Positions 13,604 to 24,385 of a stretch of DNA of 64,000 nucleotides are shown here, piece by piece. The notes under the pieces were generated by a model. That model saw nothing but the letters and a program-made list of their open reading frames with translations. It was not told where the DNA came from and made no database searches. Location: contig BCKZ01000007.1 of NCBI GenBank assembly GCA_001600815.1, positions 372,001 to 436,000 of the forward strand, read 5' to 3'. The DNA comes from Alloascoidea hylecoeti. Taxonomy: Eukaryota. Each line of letters opens with the position of its first letter. Position 1 is the stretch's first letter. Position numbers and translations under genes: made by a program.

Positions 13604-14518
13604 ATGGGTTTATTAGGAAAAGTTCTTCCCATTTTTTCAACTGACCCAACTTCTGAAATATCAAAAATTCTCCCGATTGCTGATTGTGCAGCAGAATGTT
13701 CTATTGAAGATTGTTATACTAAATTTCCATCATCTTTAAAGATTGAAAAAGATTCTCCTTTATGGGGGTCAGCCAGACCACATGTACTGCATATCCTAAT
13801 AGCTACAGGTAGTAAAGATTGGAGTCATTCTGTAACTGATTCTAGTTCATTGGCAGCAGCCGTTGATAAATGGGGAGGAATTTTAGGGAAAAAATTAGCA
13901 GGAGGGACAGTGAAAATTTCAGCATCATCAATTAGTCCACCTAAATCAACATTTACTGAAGAATTTGATAAATTACCAGCTAAGGAAAGGCCAGGTGTGG
14001 TATTGATACTTCCATATATGGTGAAATTAGAGAATATAACTCCTTCAAATGCAGCGTCAGTGTTAACAAAGGTTATGGAAAACTTAAATGAAATGAAACA
14101 AAAACAATCACAAAAAACCCCAGAGATGCCTAATATTATCGATGGTGTAACGATAACGAAAGTTAAAGATAAAGCAATTGTTTTACTATGTTCACACCGA
14201 ACTAGAGATAAGCGCTGTGGGATAACTGCTCCTTTAATGAAGAAAGAGTTTGATATACATTTACGGGATAACAATTTATACAGAGACTCGGATGATGAAA
14301 CGCCTGGTGGTGTTAATGTTTATTTTGTGTCACATATTGGGGGTCATAAGTTTTCAGCCAATGTCATGATATATTTAGATAGTGGTAAAAGTATTTGGAT
14401 GGCAAGGTGTACTCCGAGAAATGCTAAGCCTATTGTAGAGCATACCATTTTACAGAACGGTGAGGTATGGCCCGAACTTGTCAGATCCGCTTCCACCAAC
14501 AAAGTAATGGATTGGTGA
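13604..14518 (+). CDS. APD1: Thioredoxin-like [2Fe-2S] ferredoxin (sucrase/ferredoxin family, Apd1-like)
   Basis: CSHRTRDKRCG and SHIGGHKFSANV provide the bis-Cys/bis-His ligands. No mitochondrial presequence, which favours Apd1 over Aim32. Confidence 0.85.
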   Translation: MGLLGKVLPIFSTDPTSEISKILPIADCAAECSIEDCYTKFPSSLKIEKDSPLWGSARPHVLHILIATGSKDWSHSVTDSSSLAAAVDKWGGILGKKLAGGTVKISASSISPPKSTFTEEFDKLPAKERPGVVLILPYMVKLENITPSNAASVLTKVMENLNEMKQKQSQKTPEMPNIIDGVTITKVKDKAIVLLCSHRTRDKRCGITAPLMKKEFDIHLRDNNLYRDSDDETPGGVNVYFVSHIGGHKFSANVMIYLDSGKSIWMARCTPRNAKPIVEHTILQNGEVWPELVRSASTNKVMDW

Positions 14519-14677
14519 TCAGGTATCACGGTATATATAACTTATAGTTAATTGTGTATAAATAATAATATGGCTTTCATTGTTTCTAGATTTAAAAATA
14601 ACAATAAAATTTAATATCTTGAGGTTATAAACTTTTTTTTAAACTATAAATAAGATAGAGAATCCCAATTATCCCAA

Positions 14678-15900
14678 TTATTCATATGCTTCTCTAAAAA
14701 CATTAAGAATATTGATTCGTTGTTGAAAATTATCAGCCTTTGATGGAACTAAATTTCCTTTTCCCAAAAGGAATGATAATCTCTTGTATTCTTTACTAAT
14801 AAAGAATTCTTGCTTATCTAAAATCTTGTTGATAAGCTTTTTGTAATAAGATGCAGTCTTGGCTTCAATAATGTTTAATCTTGAAAGCAATTCAGCTGCA
14901 AGTGAAGTCTGTTCATCCTCGCTAGCGTTAATCAACTTCTTTATATCATTATCTAGACTGGCAATAACACCAGCATGACTATCCAAAGAACCATCAGCCT
15001 TACGGTTAAGTCCGGCATGTAGATTAATATACTCAACTAAGTCACCGACTTCCCTTCCTGATTCATATGCAATTGGATTCTTTTTGTCACCTTTTGGAAA
15101 GTAAAGAATTGTTGGGAAAGAACCAACATTATATCTGGATGTAAGGTAATCGGCTGGACCATCAGTTGTAGAAACTTCAGCTACTATAATATCATCATCA
15201 TTTTTGTAAACTGTAGCAAGCTTTTCATACTCTGGCTTTAATCTCTTACAATGACCACACCAGCTGGCGGTAAAGGCCACGATTGCAGGTTTATCACTAC
15301 CAACAACAATATCATCGAAGTTGTCATCGTTGACTTTAATAATAGCAGATGCAGGTTTGGGTTGAACTTTAGCTCTTGCACCAGTCTTTTGTGAAACATA
15401 CGAAACCAAAGAATCAAAATCACGACCACCTTCATAATCTTCTGGACTATCAGAATTTGGTGAAAAAAGCTTCAATGTTGGGAAACCTTTGATACCATAT
15501 TTATTACCAATTTTCTTGTTCTCATCAGCGTCAATTTTCACTAATCAATATATAATTAGTAATTAAGATTTAAATGAAAAGTAATGGCTGAACAAAAAAG
15601 AACATACCGATTTGAACCTTATTGCTTTGTTTAGCAAAAGCTGTGGCAACTTCTTCATAAATTGGAGCAAGAGATTTGCAATGTCCACACCAGCTGGCAT
15701 AAAACTGTAGTATTTTTTTTGAATATTAATAAGTTGAGCCTTAAAAAAAGGTAAATGAAGACACTTACCTCAACTAGTGAATATTTACCACTATTGACAA
15801 CAATATCTTGAAAATCTTTTTCTGTCGCAACAATGACATCGCTGGCAAATGCCATTGAAGCAAATGAAACCAACGAGATAACAATACTAGAAAACTTCAT
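14678..15900 (-). CDS. Protein disulfide isomerase, ERp38/TigA type (a-a'-D), 3 exons
   Basis: Signal peptide, two WCGHC motifs and an ERp29-like helical C-terminus. Introns 15768-15705 (GTAAGT..CAG) and 15607-15541 (GTATGT..TAG) restore the frame. Confidence 0.92.
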
Positions 15901-16710
15901 TTTAGTAGAGTGTTAATAAAAAGAAGCAGGAATGCCAGAGTGGAGGTTTTATAAACTTAGATCACATGTATGTGTATTATATCAGCATTATCTAAGCGAT
16001 GACGTCCATCGACTTCCATGTTTGTTTGGAACACTTTGAATTTGCCAAAATAATAAAACATTAGAACGGATTTTATCCAGTATTTGATTATTTGATGAGC
16101 TCGGGAGAATCGTGAATTTCTTCTAATACAAAGTCATCTGGGGTTTCGAGATTACACCCTCATTCAAATCTTGAACTTTTTGATGGTTAAGAAGCAGTTT
16201 GTTAACATTACCCTTAGAATCATTGGCATTAATCGGTTGAGGCTTGTAGTTTTCCACTTCCCTGATGTAAACATCTTGGAGCAAGTGTAGAGTAGAGATA
16301 AATTTGACCGAATATTTTTCTTCAATTTAACGAAAATAGATGGAATAGATAAGCGTAATAATATTAATAGATCTAGAATTAATATTAATCAATCATAAAG
16401 TTTTTGTTTTATATTGTTTCGTGTCAGACAGTGTAAAGTTATATTTAAATTATGAGAATATATTCATAGAAAATGTCAGAAGCTGGATATAGTAACTTGA
16501 CTTCTATCAGTATCATATATTCATACATATCAATAGGATTGAAAAATATATGTGTTCATGATTGCAATTGCGTGCGATTAGATTATACTCGTACCACCCC
16601 CGTTTCGCTTAGGTAATAAATGTTCGGTTTTCCGCATATTAATTATTATAAAGGAGCCAGTCTCCTATATTTAGGACAGGTCTGTATCTCTCCTACATAT
16701 TTTACTAACA

Positions 16711-17454
16711 ATGAAGATCAATTTTTTTTTATTTGCAATCTCAATAATAGCATCTGTTTCTGCAACTCCAATCTACATCGATAAAGTGCCATCAGTTGAA
16801 GAGGCTGCTGATGAAGCTCGAACCTTGGTAAAACGGGAATCACTTGCTACTATAGCTTCAATCTACCAGTCTGGAGGGTTGGCAGGCACCCCTGTTGCTT
16901 TTCCTGAATATTATGTTGATGTCTTTGATGGAAACCCCAGATTTTTAGTTGTTGAAATCGGCTCAGCGTTTCGTAATATTGCCCAAGGAAGTCCCCTTTC
17001 TGCTACCATTCGAGTGGGTGATCATGCTTTGGGGGATCATGTCAACCCCAAATATCCAGGAGGGATAGTTCGTTCTCCAGCTGGATCACCAAGAATATCT
17101 TTAAGAGGAAATCTAACTAAACTTGAAGATCCCAGACAGATTTTACTGACGGAAAAACTATTCTTACAGCGCCATCCTGATGCCAAATACTGGCTCCCTG
17201 GAAATCCAATTCATCAAACTCACTGGGCTCAGTTAGAGGTCTCTGGCGTTTATTTCGTTGGTGGGTTTGGAGATAGAGCTTACATTGGTGAAATCCCAGT
17301 AGAAATTTACAAATCGGCTAAGCCTTATGAGGAGTTGGAAGGGCAAGTGATGGATAGATACACACCTGCTGAGGTCGATGTTTTCGTGGCTAAGAAGCAG
17401 GATTGGTGTGGGGTATTACACAAAATAACCACCTTCATTTCTCGCTTTTGGTAA
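16711..17454 (+). CDS. Secreted CREG-like / pyridoxamine 5'-phosphate oxidase-fold protein
   Basis: Signal peptide, ARTLV, SPRISLRG, RHPDAKYWLP and YFVGGFGDRAYIG motifs. Confidence 0.8.
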   Translation: MKINFFLFAISIIASVSATPIYIDKVPSVEEAADEARTLVKRESLATIASIYQSGGLAGTPVAFPEYYVDVFDGNPRFLVVEIGSAFRNIAQGSPLSATIRVGDHALGDHVNPKYPGGIVRSPAGSPRISLRGNLTKLEDPRQILLTEKLFLQRHPDAKYWLPGNPIHQTHWAQLEVSGVYFVGGFGDRAYIGEIPVEIYKSAKPYEELEGQVMDRYTPAEVDVFVAKKQDWCGVLHKITTFISRFW

Positions 17455-17802
17455 ATACATTCTATAACAGTTTAATATAATGATTTATAACGTAAAACCA
17501 TTTTCAATGGGTTAAGTAGCTTTATCAGCTATATCAGAATTCATATAAATGTAGTAGACCTAGAATACAAGGATTATTGTAATCAACACCACAAATGTTT
17601 TATAGGAAATTGATGTCTCTTTCAATAAATTTACAATTTGTAACATTAATATTGTTTCTTTCAGTTATTTATTGCAATTGTGATTACAAGATCTTACAGG
17701 GGAAGGAACACATGCTAATAATATAGGATATAATAGTTTATAGTCAGACACAATCCACCGCTAACCTAATAATATGAACGCTAATATCTGAGCTTCTATT
17801 TT

Positions 17803-19567
17803 CTATTTTTGATCTTTTCGTCGTTCCTTTCTATCCTTCTTCTCATTATCCTGCTGTTTTTCTGGATTTTCAATTATGTCTTGAACCGTATAGTTCTTAA
17901 TAGTATTTCTAATAAACCAATCTCCGAATTTTCGTGCAGTCTTGGCTTCTGAAACATGAACTAAATCATTCTCTAAAGCAACATCAAGTTCAAATACATT
18001 TGTATAATCACCTTGTAACAAGTCTCCTTGTGTCCATTTTAGTTGTCTATTTTTTAGCTTGAATGTAATAAGTTCACTTTTTAAAGAATCAAGATCATTG
18101 GTTTTATCCAAGAAAACTGCCAATTTCTTTAACTCCATAGTAGCATATAAGTTTAAATAACCTTTCAAAGTTGGAGCCAAAACTGAATTTTTAACAGTTG
18201 ACATAAAAATCTTCAAATGTAATTGTGTTGGATCAACATTATATGCTTGATTGGTATAACTTGGTAAAGAAGAAGTTATAAATTTAGGGGCACCAAATTT
18301 AAACAATTCTTCATATACGGGTAAAGCTTCTTGCCCACCTCTTTGTAGTTTAGAAAATTGTTCACTATATTTTTCTCTGATTCCGGAATGTAAACTATCA
18401 TCAAGTCTTGTTGGGTTTAAAGCAACACAAATAGCTAATAATGCATACATTTGTTCAGATTTTCTGGTTACAGCATCGTATTGACCGGATTTACTAATAT
18501 TTTTAGTTCTTGCAATGTAAAGTAAAATATGTGAAAATGTCTTGATTGCATCAGCATATCTATGGAGCATTAATAAACAAAAACCAACATAGTAGTAAGT
18601 TGTGAAATGAGCTCCAGGAACACGGGTGAAAAAGGCCTTCTTGTTGAGTTCAATTCCTTCCATTGTTTTCAAGGCAAGAGCAAAATCACCAAGTAAAGTA
18701 TGGACTCTTAATAAACCAATGATACTGAAGTAACCTAAGTTTCTATATAGAGAACGGGATCCATATTCACCTGCAGCCATAGAAGAATCCTGACCTGCCT
18801 GAGTAGCCTTTAACTGTTCATTAATGTTGGACTTGATTATTAAAGAATACAAAGCATTGAGAACACTGTAAGAGTTCCAAATGTCATGGTGTTGTTGAAC
18901 ATATTGGAATTCTTCACTTGGCTCAGAACCCTTATTACCACCCAACTCTTTTCTAATCAATCTTGAACGATAGACAGAGTATTGATTGAATTGATAAATA
19001 AATTCATCAATGATATCCCATGTCCATTTATTTGGTAACTCAAAGTTGACTGGACCTCCTTCATTGTTCAAAATAAGATTGAACAAGTTACAGTAGTTGT
19101 TATAAGAAGCGACCCTATGTTCCAAAGTTGGTTGTAGTCTAGCATAAATATGACGATAGTAAACTTCACTATATAAAACCAAAAAAATCTGATCATTGTT
19201 CACTAATGGGGCAACATCTTGTTCTGGATCTGGCCAGGTTGCTGATTTGTAAAACTTTTCAGTAAGTTTATTGAAAGAATTTTCATAACATCCGTGAAGT
19301 TCATATGTATTTTTTTCGGTAAAACACTTGTAAAAATACAAAATGAAGTCTCTAACAGCATCTGGAAGTGGAGTTGAAACTTGTGAATTTTGAATTTGCT
19401 GTTGATAAGTTTTTTGTTGAGCGTCAAGTTGTGATTCATCATATCTACATCAATGTTAAACTCCAGTGATCACAAAATATTCATAATATAAATTGTACTT
19501 ACACCACATTACCAACTGCAAACTCCCCATTGGAGGAAGGGAAGATATTATCCTCAAAGTCTGTCAT
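17803..19567 (-). CDS. eIF3L: Translation initiation factor eIF3 subunit L, 2 exons
   Basis: Motifs WDIIDEFIYQF, LGYFSIIGLLRVHTLLGDF and YYYVGF. ATG at 19567. Intron 19502-19445 (GTAAGT..TTTAAC..TAG) joins in frame. Confidence 0.93.
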
Positions 19568-19755
19568 TTTTCAGTGTTGAAAACGTTTTACAGGAAAAAT
19601 AGAGGGATATCTCTGATTTTTGGTGGTTGGAGGAAAGTGAAAAAATGAGTGCTCGTGATCATGTGACGTATCATTTTGAAATATTGTTTATCTACTAAGC
19701 CTAGGGACAGATTCTTTTGTCAAGGTTTAGAGAAGACCTACTAGCACCTTTAATC

Positions 19756-20648
19756 ATGTATCATCTAGTTCAAGGCCTTTACAGTAAATGGAACAGGCAG
19801 GAAGGTGAGATATTCTATTGGGATATTCATAGGCTTATTGTTTCTCTAACTGGTTGACTAGAGTACCGTGTTTTAATATTGGGTCTCGATAGCGCAGGCA
19901 AGACAGTATGTTAAAATTAAAGCCTTTCATTGTTCAAAGTGTATCTAACGGAAGTGGGAAAGACTCTACTGGAACATCTAAAGAAGTTATATAAGCCAAA
20001 TGCTAAGATTACTCCCGCGGAAAGGATTGTTCCTACTGTTGGTCAAAATTGTATGTTTATTGTTACCTTTTTTAACAGGCTTTCTTATCAATTAACATTT
20101 TCTTAAACAGTTGCAAAACTCAACATAAATGGAACAACTTTAAAGATTTGGGACATTGGTGGACAAACCGTATTACGGTCTCTTTGGCAAGAATACTACG
20201 CAGAAGCACATGCAATTGTCTTTGTTGTAGATTCAACAGATCGAGATCGGATTGAAGAATGTAGGGAAGCTTTAAGTAAGCCTTTCTTTTTTACTATTTA
20301 TGATATTCAATAAAATGCTCACATATCTTAATAGAGGAGGTAGTTACAGATGATGAGGTTGAAGGCATTCCAATTCTCATGCTGGCAAACAAACAAGACT
20401 GCCAAGAACACATGGAAGTAGAAGATATCAAAGAGATATTCAATAAAATTGCAGAACAACTTAGTGCTAGGGATAGTAGGGTATTGCCTATTAGTGCGTT
20501 AAAGGGGTAAGTGATTTTTACAAGAAATTTCTGAGGTATATGAATTTTTTTCTAACTATATTTTAGTGATGGTGTTGAAGAAGCAGCCGAATGGCTTGTA
20601 ATTCGTCTAATACGAAATAAAAAGAACAGACCCCCAAATTATAAGTGA
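19756..20648 (+). CDS. ARL3: Arf-like GTPase Arl3/ARFRP1, 6 exons
   Basis: Spliced product reads MYHLVQGLY..GLDSAGKT..PTVGQN..WDIGGQ..ANKQD..ISALKG. Introns at 19805-19861, 19906-19962, 20051-20110, 20276-20334 and 20507-20566. Confidence 0.93.
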
Positions 20649-20824
20649 ATGCGATATGTGTATTCTAATCGCTTTACTTTGTATAAGCTATTTAGTTTTA
20701 TATGAAATATCTATTTATTTATAAATTATTCATACTCCACACTTTCCGTAGTCAATAATCCGGGTAATAATTTATCAACTTTGTGCCTGAAAATCCTTAG
20801 TTTACTTTTCAAGTTAGAGGGAAA

Positions 20825-21661
20825 ATGACGGATAATTTTAGAGATTACTATAAACAAATAAGGCCCATTATAAAATCTATCACGAAGGTTTTCCCACCAC
20901 ATGTAGTAGATCTTGGAGAATCAATTATTGGCAAACAATGTTACTTTGAACTAGTGAAAGAAGCTGATTTAGGAAATCCAAATTCAATTCCATGTATTAA
21001 ACTGGCAATCTCCAAAGTCCTTGGAGTTGGAATTGTTTCCATGTCCTCAATCATAAAACTTCCTCAGATTATGAAGATTTTCTCTTCAGGCTCAGTTCAA
21101 GGTTTATCATTAGTTTCTTTTATGTTGGAGACTTTTGCACATTTGATTACAACTGCTTACAATTTTAGAACAAATCAACCATTTGGTACTTTTGGTGAGA
21201 CTACATTTTTATCAATTCAAAATATAATAATAACTGTTTTAATTGCTATATTTTCTAAATCTGTTAATAACTGGGTAACAATTCGTCGCATATTTATTGT
21301 TTTATCATTTTTCTTAGTGATACTTTATTCACTCTTTTTTCAAAATACATCTCTAATTAGTGATAAAGTTATGCTTTATTTACAAATGATTACAATTCCT
21401 TTGGGTTTAGCTAGCAAGATTCCCCAAATCTTGAAAAATTGGGGCAGTAAATCTACAGGACAACTTAGTGGCGTCAGTGTTATGAGCAGTCTACTTGGAT
21501 CACTTGCTAGAGTTTTCACAATTGTTCAAGAAATTAAGGATAATACCATTTTAGCATCATCTATATCTGCTGTTATATTGAATTCTATATTAGCATTGCA
21601 AATGCTGAATTATGGAAATACCAATGAAAAGAAAAGACATTCTAAGAAGAAGACATTATAA
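20825..21661 (+). CDS. Mannose-P-dolichol utilization defect 1 (MPDU1/Lec35) PQ-loop protein
   Basis: Two PQ loops (IKLPQIMKI, KIPQILKN..STGQLS), FGTFGE, and a C-terminal dilysine (KKKTL). Confidence 0.9.
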   Translation: MTDNFRDYYKQIRPIIKSITKVFPPHVVDLGESIIGKQCYFELVKEADLGNPNSIPCIKLAISKVLGVGIVSMSSIIKLPQIMKIFSSGSVQGLSLVSFMLETFAHLITTAYNFRTNQPFGTFGETTFLSIQNIIITVLIAIFSKSVNNWVTIRRIFIVLSFFLVILYSLFFQNTSLISDKVMLYLQMITIPLGLASKIPQILKNWGSKSTGQLSGVSVMSSLLGSLARVFTIVQEIKDNTILASSISAVILNSILALQMLNYGNTNEKKRHSKKKTL

Positions 21662-22285
21662 TGATTTTTAAAATAGCTTTAGTAATAGTAGAACAGTATT
21701 TGTTTTAAATTTTAAATTAAAAAGTAAATTTATGGTTAGGTTCATACAATGGGCCAAAATTAAATTTATTTCCTATTGCTGCAGATCGATTTATTTCAAT
21801 TTTCACCCTTGCCAATAGCACTTTTCCATGGTAATATAATGGTTGTTCCCTTTACTGAAATTAAGGTGTTTTGCAGGCCATACACTATCACAGTTACATC
21901 AGATCTAAAGGGCTAGGCTTTAATTTAGAATACATTAGTAACTTCTCACTAATATTGGTAATTAATACCGCGGAATTAAAGATGGCAATTGTTTAAAGAT
22001 ATAATCAAAAACATAATTTATAAAAAGTAATTTATCAATTGCAAACAAAGAAGTTGAAGAGAAATGTATATATAAAGAACAAAAACCTTAGGCAAATTCT
22101 AGAAGCATTTATATATAAAACAAAGAGCAAAAACGCCAAAAAAAGTTAAACCCCCACAATAATAAATAAAGAATAAATATCTTTAAACTTAATTTGTGAT
22201 ATAAGAAAAATCTTAAATAAATTTAGCATGCACAAGAAAAATAAAAAGACGCAGTTACAACGTTGGAAAAATGAAGTAAAATAAT

Positions 22286-24385
22286 TCAATCATCTTCGGC
22301 ATCTCTAGATGGTGGTTCCCGAGCAGCGTTAAATAAATTGATAAAATCTGCTGGGTGGCCTCTGGTTGCCCAATATAAGCCTCGTTGCATACCCGAATCC
22401 GAGGCATTGATATATTGTAAATAACCTCTCTCTGCTGCTTTTGAGTTTACAACGATATCCTCAATTGTAGATTGGGTTAACCAAGTCAAGTTACAAAGAG
22501 ACAAGTGTTTCAAATATTTCAATGAGATTAATAACTTCACTATATCATTTGAAGAAATAGCTGTAATATCAGTGTCTTCCCAAGTATATGTTCTTGGAAC
22601 ATCAGAGACATAAATATTTCCATCATGAAATCTGTACATAATCTTTTCATAAGTTGACAAACTGGTTACAGCATAATCAGGGGCTAAAGGAAGACATGAA
22701 ATATCCACATATTCCAAATTAGAACAAGCTTGTAAAACATGAAGTAAGTGACCAACAGGAACATCTTTGTTGGAAGCATGTCTCAACAACAAATTACTTG
22801 CTAAAGGGTGAGGAGTTGAAAAAGGTCTAGCCCATTGTCTTAATTCAAATGGTGTAACATATTTGCACCATCGATCAATCTCATCATAGAAATACTTATT
22901 GATTCCTGACTGAACCAGTGTTTTTAGTTTTTTATCAGCTAAAAGAAAAAGTGATTCGGATGGCGAGCCTTGACTTACAGAAGGAACCAACTTATGATTA
23001 TCATGCTCCTCAGGTAAGTTAAGCGAGGGCAAGCTACTACTTCTTGGATCTGCTTTCTTTTTAAAATTAGACTTTGAAAAAGAAGTAGATAGACTATGAT
23101 TTCTCCTCCTATTTTTTCTGCTTCTTCTACCCCTCAAGGAAAAAAAACTATCCGAATTCCGTAACTTATCTCTATTATTGTAATCTGAAAAAGTCACTGT
23201 GGGAACCAAATTCTGTTCTCTCGGAATTAATAATACATTTGTGTTTCCTGATAATTCATCAGAAAATTCTGGATCATCGCTGTTTCTTGAAAATGGATTT
23301 TTCCAATGTAGTAAGCTTGTAGAAGATTTATATTTGCGATTTTTGTTGCTCAATGCATGTGAATGTCTAGGGACATCGGGTAAATTCCTAGAAATAGCTG
23401 AATAAAGTGGATCAGTTCTGTATTTCCACTCTCTCCATCCAGCCAAAGCAGGTTGATCCGCAATTTCATCAGCATCGTCATTTTCAGGTAAACCTGGTTG
23501 TAAACGGCTCAAGTCCAAGACATGGACAAATTGTGCATAATCGGGATTTTCAGAGATAACCGACACAAACTGGGCGAAGCGATATGTAGAAGTGAATTGA
23601 GGGTTGTAGTAAAGATGCCTACAGGCTACAAGGTTAATATATTTGCAGACGTGTAATAAGTTAACAACATCGATCTGATCGCACCAGTCAAATACTTTAT
23701 CCAGTATCTCCGGAGGAAATGATAAAACGGTTGGTTTCATGTAGTATTCATCGTGTTTTGAAAGTAATCCTGATTTGAGGACATTTTGTCTTATGGTGGA
23801 TCCGGAACAAAATGACTTGATGGAGTTCCGTGACGATGAGATGGTTGATTCAAGTGGCGCTAAAAGAGATTTATAGGTGTATTTAAATTTCAAGGAACTG
23901 GAATTTACGCTTTTAGAGCCTTTTTGCCTATATGTATGAATGTTTGTTGCTAGTTGTGACCCACCAGTACCAAATGGCGCCACCGAGACCCGAGGTGACC
24001 GATCGGCTACTTTAGAAGGTGGTGTGTTCATAATATCAATATTTCCACTAATGGCATCACCTTTAAAGCCCATGGTTGTCTCCATATCAGAATAATCAGA
24101 TGACGAGCCAGATTCCGTCGGACTCAAGATATTATCATCTTCGTCCGTGCCGTCTGTAAGATCCGTTTGGTCAGTGTCGTCTATAGAAGCCACCACATCA
24201 CCTGTATTTGAACGCTTGTTCAAAGTCACAACCGAGGTGGAAGAAGACACATATGGACTAGAATATAACAATTGTGAATATGAAGGGAAATGAGGGTTGG
24301 ATGATCTCAGAAGCAGAGCGTTTGACCGGAGTGAAAGATACAAAGATTTAGACTGCGAGCCGCTGTGAAGATTGGAACTGCTCAT
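22286..24385 (-). CDS. F-box protein, Cos111-like
   Basis: F-box (SFPPEILDKVF..LHVCK..LYYNP), then YRFAQFV..LDLS and AGWREWKYR, with an LRR-like C-terminus. Confidence 0.7.
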   Translation of the reverse strand: MSSSNLHSGSQSKSLYLSLRSNALLLRSSNPHFPSYSQLLYSSPYVSSSTSVVTLNKRSNTGDVVASIDDTDQTDLTDGTDEDDNILSPTESGSSSDYSDMETTMGFKGDAISGNIDIMNTPPSKVADRSPRVSVAPFGTGGSQLATNIHTYRQKGSKSVNSSSLKFKYTYKSLLAPLESTISSSRNSIKSFCSGSTIRQNVLKSGLLSKHDEYYMKPTVLSFPPEILDKVFDWCDQIDVVNLLHVCKYINLVACRHLYYNPQFTSTYRFAQFVSVISENPDYAQFVHVLDLSRLQPGLPENDDADEIADQPALAGWREWKYRTDPLYSAISRNLPDVPRHSHALSNKNRKYKSSTSLLHWKNPFSRNSDDPEFSDELSGNTNVLLIPREQNLVPTVTFSDYNNRDKLRNSDSFFSLRGRRSRKNRRRNHSLSTSFSKSNFKKKADPRSSSLPSLNLPEEHDNHKLVPSVSQGSPSESLFLLADKKLKTLVQSGINKYFYDEIDRWCKYVTPFELRQWARPFSTPHPLASNLLLRHASNKDVPVGHLLHVLQACSNLEYVDISCLPLAPDYAVTSLSTYEKIMYRFHDGNIYVSDVPRTYTWEDTDITAISSNDIVKLLISLKYLKHLSLCNLTWLTQSTIEDIVVNSKAAERGYLQYINASDSGMQRGLYWATRGHPADFINLFNAAREPPSRDAEDD

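Noticed and set aside
13825..14274. Antisense ORFs overlapping real genes (also 2025-2354, 46697-47035, 48644-48976, 54824-55177)
   Set aside because: Shadow frames of coding sequence with no independent evidence.
20378..20400. CUG-Ser/Ala alternative genetic code
   Set aside because: CTG falls at conserved Leu positions (ARL3 MLANKQD; RAD51 RKL), consistent with the standard code.
14678..21661. Functional cluster of secretory-pathway genes (PDI, CREG-like, ARL3, MPDU1)
   Set aside because: Interrupted by eIF3L, with no shared specific pathway. Likely chance neighbourhood.
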